NCBI GenBank assembly: GCA_021325435.1 | Contig: JAJPHE010000124.1 | Location: forward strand, 3,921-67,920 | Reading direction: 5' to 3' | Length of the DNA: 64,000 bases | Source: Actinomycetota bacterium | GTDB lineage: Bacteria; Actinomycetota; Acidimicrobiia; Acidimicrobiales; JAJPHE01 | In this document: piece by piece, positions 16,767-25,824 of the stretch | Layout: every line of letters starts with the position of its first letter | How positions within the stretch are numbered: position 1 is the stretch's first letter | Position numbers and translations under genes: made by a program | The notes under the pieces: model-generated | Database searches by the model: none | Told to the model about the DNA's origin: nothing | The model's input: only the letters and a program-made list of their open reading frames with translations

Positions 16767-18419
16767 TCAGCCGCCGGCGTCCCCCGGTCGGTCCAGGAAC
16801 CTCAGCTGCAGTTCGGCGACCAGCCGCTCGTCGGGATCGGAAAGGTCCAAGGCGAACGTCTCAGCGATGCGCCGCAGGCGGTAGCGGAACGTGTTGGGGT
16901 GCACGTTCACCCGGGCGGCGGCGGTGGCCACGTCGCCAAAGGCGTCGAAGTAGGAGCGCAGGGTGGCCAGGTGAGCCGTGCCCCGGGCGGCGTCCTGCTC
17001 GGCCAGGGCCCGGACTGGACCTTCGGTCAGCTCCGGGTGGGCCTCGGCCAGCCGTTCGAGGCGGCGCAGCACCACCTGGGCACGCACGTCGTCGAGGGTG
17101 GCGGCCACCGACCCTTCCCCCAGCACGGCGAGCACGTCGTCGGCCTCCACCCGCGAGCCGGCGAGCCCCGGCAAGGTTGTGATCGACCCGACCCCGGCGC
17201 GCAGTCGGGCGTGCAGGGCCTCGTCGGCCCGGTCGACGATGGCGCTCGCCAGGGAGAGGACCGACTCGGATCCTTCGTCGCCGGCCAGGGGGACCAGGGC
17301 ATAGACGCGACCGCCGGCGACGGCACAAGACGCGCGGCGGCGGTAGGACTCGCAGTACAGCGCGACCAGGTCGGCCACCCTCTGGGCCCGGATGGCCGCG
17401 GTGGCGTCATCGGACTCGCCGGCGTCGAAGGCCACCACCGCCACGGGTGTGTCCGGCTGGATGCCGAGGAGGGCGCGGACGCGGTCCCCCCGCTCGCGCC
17501 CCTCGAGCACGGCCAGCAGGGCGTCGGCGCGGCGGTGTCGGTCGACGTCACTGGCGCTGCGGTGGGCCAGCAGGTGGAGGGCGGCGATGTCGGCCGCCTC
17601 GCGCAGGGTCCGTTCCGCCTCCGGACCGAGGGCACGGTCACCCTCGATGACCCAGATGCTGCCGAGCAACTCCCCTCCCGCCCGGACGGCCACCGCCACG
17701 CGGGCCAGGTAGCCGGGGAAGTCGGCGAAGTCGCCCACGTGCACAACCTCACCGGTCTGCCACAACCGCCGGAACACCCCGGCTTGACGCAGTCGCTCCA
17801 TCCACTCGGACGGCACCTGTCGGCCGAGGATTGTCTGCTGGCGCGGCTCGTCGATCGGGTGGTCGAGGCTCGAGTAGGCCAGCACCCGGCTGTGGGGGTC
17901 CTCGATGGTGGTTGCTCCCCCGACCATGGCCGCCACCGCGTTGGCCAGGGCGAACAGGTCGCCGAGGGGCACGTCTCCGACCCCGCGGGTGGCCGGCAGG
18001 CTGACGGTCGAGGCGGTGACGAGGAGCGAGAACAGCTGCCCCCACGAGACGCCGGCCCGGGCGGCCAACACGGCGACACCGGTGGCGTCGGCCACGGCCA
18101 TCAGCTCCGGGTCGGGGTCCGTCTCTCCGCTCTGGCGGAAGACGACCGCCGCCACCCCAGCTCCACCGAGGCGTCTGGCGAGGTCAACCCTCGCCGTGGG
18201 AGTGTCCACGCCGACCGCCAGCACGATGCTTCCCGGCTCCGGCCCGGCGGCGTCGCCCAGATCGAGGATGGACGGGTGCCCGACGGGCACGGCCAGCCCT
18301 CGGGGCGCGGCCACCACGTCCAGAACGGCCGGCTGGAGCCGCTCGACCAGCACCTCCAGGGTCCGCCCGCCCCCGTCGGGGCTGCCCGGGTCGGCTGGCG
18401 TCGCGGTCTGCCGGGCCAC
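16767..18419 (-). CDS. PucR/CdaR-family transcriptional regulator
   Basis: Trimmed from ORF 16767..18722 to GTG 18419 (start uncertain). C-terminal PucR-type HTH LRSYFDAFGDVATAAARVNVHPNTFRYRLRRIAE. About 550 aa. Confidence 0.75.
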   Translation of the reverse strand: MARQTATPADPGSPDGGGRTLEVLVERLQPAVLDVVAAPRGLAVPVGHPSILDLGDAAGPEPGSIVLAVGVDTPTARVDLARRLGGAGVAAVVFRQSGETDPDPELMAVADATGVAVLAARAGVSWGQLFSLLVTASTVSLPATRGVGDVPLGDLFALANAVAAMVGGATTIEDPHSRVLAYSSLDHPIDEPRQQTILGRQVPSEWMERLRQAGVFRRLWQTGEVVHVGDFADFPGYLARVAVAVRAGGELLGSIWVIEGDRALGPEAERTLREAADIAALHLLAHRSASDVDRHRRADALLAVLEGRERGDRVRALLGIQPDTPVAVVAFDAGESDDATAAIRAQRVADLVALYCESYRRRASCAVAGGRVYALVPLAGDEGSESVLSLASAIVDRADEALHARLRAGVGSITTLPGLAGSRVEADDVLAVLGEGSVAATLDDVRAQVVLRRLERLAEAHPELTEGPVRALAEQDAARGTAHLATLRSYFDAFGDVATAAARVNVHPNTFRYRLRRIAETFALDLSDPDERLVAELQLRFLDRPGDAGG

Positions 18420-18473
18420 GCCTAGATGGTGACACCGACGGTCGCCGGCGGCGGACGGCCTCGCCGAGATCCT

Positions 18474-18503
18474 TTGACCCCCCTGATAAGCCCCGTCTAT
18501 ATT
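18474..18503 (+). promoter_or_regulatory. Sigma-70-like promoter TTGACC-N18-TATATT for the RHH/ABC-2 operon
   Basis: TTGACC at 18474-18479 and TATATT at 18498-18503, in the only AT-rich patch of the 18420-18546 divergent intergenic region, ~45 nt upstream of GTG 18547. Confidence 0.45.
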
Positions 18504-18522
18504 CCATATGTATTTCAGATGG
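18504..18522 (+). promoter_or_regulatory. Imperfect inverted repeat CCATATG-N5-CAGATGG (candidate operator)
   Basis: Directly abuts the -10 box. 6 of 7 positions are complementary. A ribbon-helix-helix repressor gene lies immediately downstream. Confidence 0.3.
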
Positions 18523-18546
18523 AGTGTTGGAGGGTAAGGGGGCTCG

Positions 18547-18957
18547 GTGGAGACCGAGAAGGTGTGTGTGAACCTCCCCGCCGCCGAGCTGGGCAAGATC
18601 GACGTGCTGGTGGCGGAGGGGCTGTTCGCCTCGCGGACCGATGTCATCCGTGCCGGCATCCGCTCGGTGTTGGATGCCCACGCCCAGCCGGTCGAGCGGG
18701 TGGCGTCCTTCGGGGCCCGCATCGGGTATCAGCTGCTGCTCCGGTCCGAGTTGGAAGAGGCGCTCCGGCTCGGGCGCCGTCTGAACCTCTTCGTGGTCGG
18801 CGTCCTGCGCATCCAGAACTCGGTGACCCCCGAACTGGCCGACGGAGCCATCGACCGGATCCGGATATTCGGCGCCGTGCGAGGGCCGGCGGAGGTGCTG
18901 GCCCGGCTCGAGCCTCGGATCGTGCGGGGAACCGAGAACCTGGAGGGCCGGGCGTGA
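18547..18957 (+). CDS. Ribbon-helix-helix (CopG/Arc-like) domain protein with ~90-aa C-terminal domain
   Basis: ORF 18547..18957 (GTG, purine-rich GGAGGGTAAGGGGG upstream). N-terminal pattern KVCVNLPAAELGKIDVLVAEGLFASRTDVIRAGIRSVL fits a beta-strand plus two helices, as in RHH repressors. Confidence 0.6.
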   Translation: METEKVCVNLPAAELGKIDVLVAEGLFASRTDVIRAGIRSVLDAHAQPVERVASFGARIGYQLLLRSELEEALRLGRRLNLFVVGVLRIQNSVTPELADGAIDRIRIFGAVRGPAEVLARLEPRIVRGTENLEGRA

Positions 18958-19895
18958 TCCTCGAGGCCGAGGGGGTGACAAAGCGGTACCGGCGCAGCGC
19001 CGCCCCCGCCAACGACGGGATAAGCCTGCAGGTGGAGGCCGGTGAGGTGTTCGGGCTGCTTGGACCCAACGGGGCGGGCAAGACCACCCTCGTCAGTCAG
19101 ATCCTCGGCGTCCTCTTGCCCGACGCGGGCTCTATCCGCATCGCCGGCCACGACGTGGTGGCCCGGCCCGAGATGGCCCGCCGACTGTGCAGCTACCAGC
19201 CGCAGGCCACCGCGCCGGTCGAGGGGCTCACGCCCCGCGAGGCGGTGGACCTGATCGGGCGGCTCCGCGGTGGACGCCCGGGCGACGTCGGCCGCCGGGG
19301 AGAGGAGCTTCTGGGCGCCTTGGATCTGCTCGCTTCGGCCGACCGCCGGGTTCCGCTTTCCGGTGGAATGGCCAGGCTGGTCGGCTTCTGCATGGCCGCG
19401 GTGGTGCCCGGGCGCGTGGTCGTGCTGGACGAGCCGACCAACGACGTCGACCCGCTTCGGCGGCGGGCCCTGTGGTCCCTGGTGCGGTCCCTGGCCGACA
19501 GGGGGGCCGCCGTGCTCCTCGTCACCCACAACGTGAACGAGTCCGAACGCTGTGTCGACCGCCTCGCCATAGTCGCCGGCGGGCGAGTCCTGGCCCACGG
19601 GACGCCCTCCCAGCTGAAGGCCAACCTCGGCGCTCCGCTTCGCATCGATTGCAGCCTCGACGACCCCTCGCGACCGCCGCCGCTGCCCAATATCGGGACG
19701 GGCTGGGTGGCGACCGGCCGCCGCCTGATCGGCCAGATCCAGTTGCCGGAGGCGGGTGACGCCGTGTCGTGGGCCAAGACCCAACTCGACGCCGGGTGGC
19801 TGGTCGAGTTCTCCGTGGCGCCTGCCTCCCTCGAGGACGTCTACGCCAGCTGGGTGCAGCCGGACCAGACCCAGACCGCCGGGGCGATCGGGTGA
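18954..19895 (+). CDS. ABC transporter ATP-binding protein (ABC-2 exporter type)
   Basis: Trimmed from ORF 18426..19895 to GTG 18954 (GTGA overlap). Walker A GPNGAGKTT, signature LSGGMARL, Walker B VVVLDEPTNDVD, H-loop LLVTHN. About 90-aa C-terminal extension. Confidence 0.85.
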   Translation: MILEAEGVTKRYRRSAAPANDGISLQVEAGEVFGLLGPNGAGKTTLVSQILGVLLPDAGSIRIAGHDVVARPEMARRLCSYQPQATAPVEGLTPREAVDLIGRLRGGRPGDVGRRGEELLGALDLLASADRRVPLSGGMARLVGFCMAAVVPGRVVVLDEPTNDVDPLRRRALWSLVRSLADRGAAVLLVTHNVNESERCVDRLAIVAGGRVLAHGTPSQLKANLGAPLRIDCSLDDPSRPPPLPNIGTGWVATGRRLIGQIQLPEAGDAVSWAKTQLDAGWLVEFSVAPASLEDVYASWVQPDQTQTAGAIG

Positions 19896-20635
19896 GCCTG
19901 CCCCCCGCCGTCAGGTCCTATCTCCTGTTGGTGCGGTGGGAGTTCCTTCGCCGCCGCCAGCTCGTTGTCATGTTCGTGCTCCTGCAGGTGGCGCTGGGAG
20001 TGGGCATCGTCTACGGCTTCGCCTTCCTGGTGCCCCAGATCACCCCCACCGTGGCCGTCTTCCTCGCCACCGGTGCCATGACGATCACCCTGACCCTGCT
20101 GGGACTGGTGGCCGTGCCCCAGGAGGTGGCCCTGGCCCGGGTCAGCGGCCGCCAGGGGTACCTCGACGCCCTGCCGGTACCGCGGCTTGCGCCCCTCCTA
20201 TCGGAGCTGACATTCGCCGTCCTCATGCAACTGCCCGGAGCCGTGGCCACGCTCGCCCTGGCCGCCGTGCGGTTCCACCTGCATCTCCAGCTGAGCCCGC
20301 TGGTGTTGCCAGCGGCGGCGCTGACGGCCCTGACGGCGGCCGCCTTGGGGTGCGCCATCGCCGTGTCCCTGCCGCCGAACGCCACTCAGCAGGTCACCCA
20401 GTTCCTGTCCGTCGGGCTGCTGCTGTTCTCGCCGGTCGCCTTCCCGATGAGCCGGCTGCCGGCCGGCCTGCAGGACCTGCACCGGGGGCTGCCCGTCGCC
20501 TACATGGCCGACATCATGCGGGGCACGATCACCGGCCACTACGACACCAGCCGGCTGCTGGCCTTTGGCGTCGTGATGGCCTGGTGCGTGGCGGGCCTGG
20601 CCACCTGCGGGCGGGCCGCCGCCCGGCGCCACTGA
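19892..20635 (+). CDS. ABC-2-type transporter permease
   Basis: Trimmed from ORF 19769..20635 to GTG 19892 (GTGA overlap). 247 aa with ~6 hydrophobic helices. Confidence 0.7.
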   Translation: MSLPPAVRSYLLLVRWEFLRRRQLVVMFVLLQVALGVGIVYGFAFLVPQITPTVAVFLATGAMTITLTLLGLVAVPQEVALARVSGRQGYLDALPVPRLAPLLSELTFAVLMQLPGAVATLALAAVRFHLHLQLSPLVLPAAALTALTAAALGCAIAVSLPPNATQQVTQFLSVGLLLFSPVAFPMSRLPAGLQDLHRGLPVAYMADIMRGTITGHYDTSRLLAFGVVMAWCVAGLATCGRAAARRH

Positions 20636-20659
20636 CCCCCGTCGGTTATCGGGCGCCGC

Positions 20660-21547
20660 TCACGCCGGGGAGATGACGTAGGTGCCGTCGCGGCCTACCG
20701 CGCTGACCTGAAGACCTTCCTCGAAGGCGGCGCTCAGTACGTGACGGAGCGCCGAGCGCCACGCCCGGGCGGTGGAGGGGGCGTCGTTGCGCAACCGGAC
20801 GACGTCGCTCGGCACCCGGGCCAAGAGGGCCTGACCGGGCTGGTGATCGCCCAGGACGGGCTCACCAGCCGGCCCGGGTGAGAGCACGTCGACGGCGCCG
20901 GCCGCCCGCAGAGCCGCCAGGTCGCAGTGGGCAACCGAACCGTCGGCCGCCTTCACCGCCCTGTGGTCATCGAGCCACCACGTCACCAGGCAACGATCGC
21001 TCTCGTCACCGGCGTTGACCCCGTCGGTCAGCTCACCGTAGAAGTCGACGTAGTAGGAGGTGAGCCGGGCGCCCAGTTTCATCACGTTGAAGAAGGCGTT
21101 GCGGGCCACCAGCGGGTCGAACGTCCAGGTGACCCGGCCGAGGCCCTGCTCGAGGCTCCAGGCCCGCTGGTGTTGTTTGAGGGCGAAGCCAACGTTGGCG
21201 CCCTGGTGTGCCGGCAGCACGCCGACCATGTGGGAGTGCAGGTAGGCCCCTAGCCCGTCCACACCCCGGAAGGCCAGGGCGGCGGCCACCGGCTCGGCGC
21301 CGTGCCGGGCGACGGCGACGTAGTTCCCTGAGTGGGCCAGCGCCCAGGCGAGCTCCGGGGTTACCGGCAGGTGGCCGTCGGGCTGGGGCCAAACCCCGGC
21401 TAGCACGCCGACTGCTTGGCGGGCGCCAGCCTCAGCGGTCACCACCTCGATCTCAACCCCCGCCTTTTCCGCCCAGTCCCGAGCCGAGCGGTCAGCGTCC
21501 GCGGCGATGCCGGGGGTGGCTCGGCCCGGGCGCACCGTCTCGGCCAC
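20660..21547 (-). CDS. Predicted acyltransferase-fold (GNAT-like, COG3375-like) protein
   Basis: Trimmed from ORF 20660..21766 to GTG 21547, 8 nt after the upstream stop (start uncertain). Central block HMVGVLPAHQGANVGFALKQHQRAWSLEQGLGRVTWTFDPLVARNAFFNVMKLGA matches my memory of this family. Not verified by search. Confidence 0.5.
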   Translation of the reverse strand: MAETVRPGRATPGIAADADRSARDWAEKAGVEIEVVTAEAGARQAVGVLAGVWPQPDGHLPVTPELAWALAHSGNYVAVARHGAEPVAAALAFRGVDGLGAYLHSHMVGVLPAHQGANVGFALKQHQRAWSLEQGLGRVTWTFDPLVARNAFFNVMKLGARLTSYYVDFYGELTDGVNAGDESDRCLVTWWLDDHRAVKAADGSVAHCDLAALRAAGAVDVLSPGPAGEPVLGDHQPGQALLARVPSDVVRLRNDAPSTARAWRSALRHVLSAAFEEGLQVSAVGRDGTYVISPA

Positions 21548-21555
21548 GGTCGGCC

Positions 21556-22944
21556 CTAGCTGACCCGGGGCGTGGCCCGGGCGCCGGCATGCACGTAGCG
21601 GTATCCGTCGGCGGAGGACTCGAGGAACTTGATGGTGACGTGGCGGCCCAACCGTCGGTCCGGTTCGCTGGTCAGCAAGGTGCTGTCGTCCAAGGCGATG
21701 ACCTGCTTGGGCGGCTCGTCGGGCAGGGTGCCAGCCAACGGCCCCGTGCTCGTCGCCTTGAACCACAGCCGCCCATCGGCGTCGGCGGTGATGTCGATGC
21801 GGACACCGGTCCGCTCATAGCTGCCCACGAAAGATCGGGGGTCGACCTGGGGCGGGGTGGCGGGCGGCACCGCGGCCGGGTTGAGCTCCGCTCCTGCCAG
21901 GTCGGCGAGGACGGGCCTCACCAGGTCGTCGAACAGGGCGCCGCTGTCGCCCCCGTTGCACAGCAGCACCATGGCGAGGTTGGCGTCAGGAACGATCCGT
22001 AGGAAGGCGTTCTGGCCCAGGGTGGTCCCGTCGTGACCGAACACCAGCGGCGAAGCGGCCCGGTAGAGGATGACACCGAGGCCCCATGCGTCGCCGAGGG
22101 TGTAGGGATCGGGCATTTCCACCTCGAACCGACGCATGGCCTGAGTGCTGGTAGCGGTGAGGACTCGATCGCCGCCGGGCCCGTTGCCGTCGTCCAGGAG
22201 CATGCGGGCGAACGCCAGCACTTCGGCGGCGGGCGCCGAGATGGCCCCGGCCGGGCCGGTGGCCCGGGCCAGATGCCACAGAGGCGTGACCTGCAGGGCG
22301 CCGTCTTCGCCTGTACGCAGGTGGCCGACCGCGGTCCGGCGCAGAATGGCCTCCTCGGGGAGGGTGACCGTGTCGTGCGCCCCGAGGGGGTCGAGCAGGT
22401 GCTTGCGGAGGGCGACGTCCCAACTGCAACCCCGGAAGTGCTCCACCAGCCGGCCGAGGAGCACGTAGCCCGAATTGCAGTACGAGAAGAAGGAGCCGGG
22501 CGGATGGGTGTGGGCGAGACTGGCCATGGCGTCGACGTAGCGCTCGATGCACTCGTCACCCCGGCCGAAGTCGTCGAAGACGTCGCCGTCCATTCCACTG
22601 GTGTGGGCCAGGAGCCTGCGAACCGTCACGCCCGCTGTCGCCGCTTCGTCGGCGGTGCGGAATGACGGCAGATAGCGCTGTACGGGAACGTCCAGGTCGA
22701 CGAGGCCCTCGTCCACCAGCTGCATGACGAGGGTGGCGGTGTAGGACTTGGTGATCGACCCGATCTGGAACAGGGTGTCGCGGGTTACCTCCACCCCGGT
22801 GCGCAGGTTGGTCACCCCGCTGACAGCCTGGACCATCTCGTCGCCCTGGACCACCGCGGTCGAGGCCCCGACCACCTCGTGCTTGGCGGCCAGCTCGCGT
22901 AACCGTTCCGCCAAGCCCGCCCTCAGGTCATCGATGCCGGTCAT
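21556..22944 (-). CDS. Serine hydrolase of the beta-lactamase fold (second paralogue)
   Basis: Trimmed from ORF 21556..22995 to ATG 22944 (MTGIDDLRAGL...). SxxK motif QIGSITKSYTA. 462 aa. Confidence 0.8.
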   Translation of the reverse strand: MTGIDDLRAGLAERLRELAAKHEVVGASTAVVQGDEMVQAVSGVTNLRTGVEVTRDTLFQIGSITKSYTATLVMQLVDEGLVDLDVPVQRYLPSFRTADEAATAGVTVRRLLAHTSGMDGDVFDDFGRGDECIERYVDAMASLAHTHPPGSFFSYCNSGYVLLGRLVEHFRGCSWDVALRKHLLDPLGAHDTVTLPEEAILRRTAVGHLRTGEDGALQVTPLWHLARATGPAGAISAPAAEVLAFARMLLDDGNGPGGDRVLTATSTQAMRRFEVEMPDPYTLGDAWGLGVILYRAASPLVFGHDGTTLGQNAFLRIVPDANLAMVLLCNGGDSGALFDDLVRPVLADLAGAELNPAAVPPATPPQVDPRSFVGSYERTGVRIDITADADGRLWFKATSTGPLAGTLPDEPPKQVIALDDSTLLTSEPDRRLGRHVTIKFLESSADGYRYVHAGARATPRVS

Positions 22945-23078
22945 GGCGCCTCTCCCTTCAACCGTCACCGAAGGTATGCGCCGGGGCGGCCGCACCCCAC
23001 GTCGAATCGGACGAGAGGCGCCGGCGCGGGTAGTGCGATGGCACCAAGCACTGAGGGCCCGGCTGGCCTGAGGATGCT

Positions 23079-23097
23079 GGCGGGCCGGCGGCCCGCC
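23079..23097 (-). terminator. GC hairpin GGCGGGCC-GGC-GGCCCGCC (possible terminator, no U-tract)
   Basis: Perfect 8-bp stem read directly, in the ~300-nt non-coding gap downstream of the 23241..23597 gene. Function uncertain. Confidence 0.25.
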
Positions 23098-23240
23098 GAT
23101 GCCCTCTTCAGGGGCCGTCCGCCACGAAGGTGGATATCAGCGAGGCAAGCCGTGCAGGAGGACGATCGGCCGGCCGGGGCCGGCGGTGTCGCGGTACTCG
23201 ACGGCCCCGACCGACAACTCCACCTCTGACATGAGGGAGC

Positions 23241-23597
23241 TCACCGGCTATCCACGGGCCGCTCGGCGCCTCGGGTGGGCTCGGGGGTACCGGCCGCGTC
23301 CACCAGGGTGGCGACGATGGCCCTGGCGTCGGGATTGTCGGATCCGATGTCCAGCCGCACGAGAGCTTCCTCGCTGGTGACCGAGAGGGTTAGGAAGCCG
23401 CAGCATTCCTGTTCGGCGGCGGCCAGCCGTCTCAGCTCAGAGCCGCGGTCCGCTTCGAACCAAAGCCGGGCGTGGCAGCCGTCGTCGTCCACCGTCACGG
23501 CTCGGCAGGAGGCGGACAGGTTCTCCCACCCTGACAGCTGTCGCCGGAGCCCGGCCGCGTCGAGGCTGCAGGCGATTGGCTGACGGTCCTCGCTCAT
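23241..23597 (-). CDS. Hypothetical small Cys-containing protein (118 aa)
   Basis: ORF 23241..23597. Contains IACSLD and AEQECCGFLTLSV. No family confidently recognised. Confidence 0.45.
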   Translation of the reverse strand: MSEDRQPIACSLDAAGLRRQLSGWENLSASCRAVTVDDDGCHARLWFEADRGSELRRLAAAEQECCGFLTLSVTSEEALVRLDIGSDNPDARAIVATLVDAAGTPEPTRGAERPVDSR

Positions 23598-23704
23598 AGC
23601 AGGCGGCTCCCTGAGTCGACGAGTCCCAGCTTGTCCGGGTTGCGAATCAGTCGCACGGCGCGCACGACCCTACCTTCGATCTGGAACGCGGCTGGTTGTC
23701 GCCG

Positions 23705-24589
23705 TCATGAGCCGTACCCGGTCGACGGGTTCGGGCGACCGGCCGCCTCCCACGCCTCGTGGGCGGCACTGACCCGCCCCCAAAGGCGGGACCTCGCCGG
23801 GGCGGCGATCGGCCCGACTCCGAACAGGTCCGCCAGGGCGTCGAACAGCTCGGACGGTAAGGTGATGACCCGCTCGCCGGCGCCCTCGCCGAGCCGGAGC
23901 AGGACGAGGCCACGCAACACATCGGCGCCGGCCTCGTCGCGGCGCTGAACGGTGAGCAGCTTGACGAACGGTGAATCCGGCGAGGTCGAGAGCAACCGGT
24001 GCCGGGCGTCGAATGCGCCCGGGGCAGCGTCGGCCGACCGCCAGGCCATACCGCCGAAGGCGTCACCTCCGATGTTGACGAGATGCCAGTCGCCGACGTC
24101 GCCCGGCGTCTGCTCGAGAGCGAGACGGAACGGACCCTGGCGGTAGGACCCGGACACCAGCGGCAACGGCTCGTACAGCAGATAGCCCAGCCCGGCGTCG
24201 ACGTACCAGGTCCCGCCCGGGTTGGCGTCGGTCGGCAGGCCCGCAACGGTGAGGACCAGATGGTTGGTCATCTCCGCCTCGCTCGGCCCGTTGGGCCCGT
24301 GGACGCCCCCGACGTGGCGGCGGACCGAATAGCCCAGCTCGACCAGCAGCCGCCCCAGCGCCCCATTGAGGTGGAAGCAGTAGCCGCCCCGCCGCTGGGT
24401 GGCGATGCGGGCTAGCGACGACCCCGCATCGATGGGCCAGCGCTCGCCCATCTGGATCCACAGGGACTCGTAGGCCACCTTGTCCACCTGGGCCCGGTGG
24501 ATCCGGAACAGGGCGTCGACCGACGGCGGCTCCGCCTCCAGTCCGAGACGGCCGAGGTACGCACTCACCAGGGAGGAGGCGACCTCCAC
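23705..24589 (-). CDS. nat: Arylamine N-acetyltransferase (NAT) family
   Basis: Trimmed from ORF 23705..24823 to GTG 24589, 19 nt after the upstream stop. Catalytic-Cys motif RRGGYCFHLN, His region TNHLVL and Asp region WYVDAGLG fit the NAT Cys-His-Asp triad. Confidence 0.8.
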   Translation of the reverse strand: MEVASSLVSAYLGRLGLEAEPPSVDALFRIHRAQVDKVAYESLWIQMGERWPIDAGSSLARIATQRRGGYCFHLNGALGRLLVELGYSVRRHVGGVHGPNGPSEAEMTNHLVLTVAGLPTDANPGGTWYVDAGLGYLLYEPLPLVSGSYRQGPFRLALEQTPGDVGDWHLVNIGGDAFGGMAWRSADAAPGAFDARHRLLSTSPDSPFVKLLTVQRRDEAGADVLRGLVLLRLGEGAGERVITLPSELFDALADLFGVGPIAAPARSRLWGRVSAAHEAWEAAGRPNPSTGYGS

Positions 24590-24608
24590 CGGCTCATCCG
24601 CCCGGGCG

Positions 24609-25805
24609 CTAATCGGCCGCGGCGGCCAGCGCCCGGCCGAAGTCGGCGACCACGTCTTCGGGGTCCTCCAGGCCGACGCTGATCCGCACCAGGCCGTCGG
24701 CCAGGCCCTGGGCGGCCCGGTCGGCCGGGGGGACCTGCCGGTGGGTCGTCGACGCCGGGTGGGCGACGAGGGTGTGGACCCCTCCGAGGCTGGCGGCGAT
24801 CCACGCCATCTCCAGTGAGTCACAGAAGCGGATCGCCGCGTCGATGCCGCCCTTCAGCTCGGCGGCGAGCATGCCGCCGAAACCGTTCAGCAGCCGGCGG
24901 GCGACGGCGTGGGACGGGTGACTGGGAAGGCCGGGGTAGTAGGCGACGGCGACGGCCGGCGATTGGTGGAGAAGCTCGGCGACTCGCTGTCCCGTCGCCG
25001 AGTGACGCTCCATGCGCAGCGCCAGGGTGGCCAGGCCCCGGATGCACAACCAGGCTTCGAGGGGCTGCATGGCTCCGCCGACTTCGAGGGCGGTGGCGCG
25101 GATGGAGCCCCGGGCCTCGGACCGGCAGCAGACCACCCCGCCCAGCAGGTCCGAGTGCCCACCGATGTACTTGGTCGCCGAGTGGACCACGTAGTCGAAG
25201 CCGAGCCGGGCGGGGGCGCACAGATAGGGGGAGGCGAAGGTGTTGTCGACGACCGAGGGGACCCCCGCCTGGGCGCACAGAGCGGCCAGGCCCGCGAGGT
25301 CGGCCACCGACACGAGGGGATTGTCGATCGTCTCGACGTAGAGGAGTCGGGCGCCGGCGAGGCTGTCGGCCACGGCCTCCGGGTCGGAGACGTCCACGGT
25401 GGTCACGTCAATTCCGTAGCGGGGCAGCACCTCGTGGAAGAGCGAGTGGGTGCCGCCGTACAGAGCGCGGCTGGTCACGATCCGGTCGCCGGCCCGGGCG
25501 AGGGTGGTGACCACGGCGTGGATCGCAGCCATGCCTGAATCGAAGGCGAAGGCTGCCTCGGTCCCTTCGAGGTCGGCCATCACCGCCTCGAAGGCCTCCA
25601 CCGTCGGGTTGCCGTAACCGCGGCCGTAGACGTGGCCCGGCTTGCGGAAGGCGACGACCTCGGCGAAGTCGTCGAGCGTCTCAAAGCGCCAGGTGGACGT
25701 CTGGTACAGCGGCACGCTCGAGGGCAGCTGGGTCACCGGCGGCGCCACCGGTCGGTGGATGGCCCGGGTGGAGAACCCGGGCGCGGGGGCGGGGCGATCG
25801 GTCAC
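24609..25805 (-). CDS. PLP-dependent Cys/Met-metabolism enzyme (cystathionine gamma-synthase / gamma-lyase / O-acylhomoserine sulfhydrylase family)
   Basis: ORF 24609..25805 (GTG). PLP-lysine motif HSATKYIGGHSD. N-terminal FSTRAIH...YQTSTW pattern typical of this family. Confidence 0.85.
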   Translation of the reverse strand: MTDRPAPAPGFSTRAIHRPVAPPVTQLPSSVPLYQTSTWRFETLDDFAEVVAFRKPGHVYGRGYGNPTVEAFEAVMADLEGTEAAFAFDSGMAAIHAVVTTLARAGDRIVTSRALYGGTHSLFHEVLPRYGIDVTTVDVSDPEAVADSLAGARLLYVETIDNPLVSVADLAGLAALCAQAGVPSVVDNTFASPYLCAPARLGFDYVVHSATKYIGGHSDLLGGVVCCRSEARGSIRATALEVGGAMQPLEAWLCIRGLATLALRMERHSATGQRVAELLHQSPAVAVAYYPGLPSHPSHAVARRLLNGFGGMLAAELKGGIDAAIRFCDSLEMAWIAASLGGVHTLVAHPASTTHRQVPPADRAAQGLADGLVRISVGLEDPEDVVADFGRALAAAAD

Positions 25806-25824
25806 CCCGCCATCATGTCCGGGG

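Noticed and set aside
18511-18536. ATTT-N16-GGGTAA upstream of the RHH gene, resembling a SigF-type promoter (GTTT-N15-17-GGGTA).
   Set aside because: The -35-like element lacks the conserved G. The implied TSS would remove the purine-rich ribosome-binding sequence. The overlapping TTGACC-N18-TATATT promoter is a much better match.
23637-23648. GGGTTGCGAATC, superficially like a tRNA T-arm/T-loop (GGTTCGAATCC).
   Set aside because: I could not fold the flanking ~75 nt into an acceptor stem or anticodon arm. The motif deviates from the T-loop consensus. No other tRNA-like signal was seen in any intergenic region of the window.
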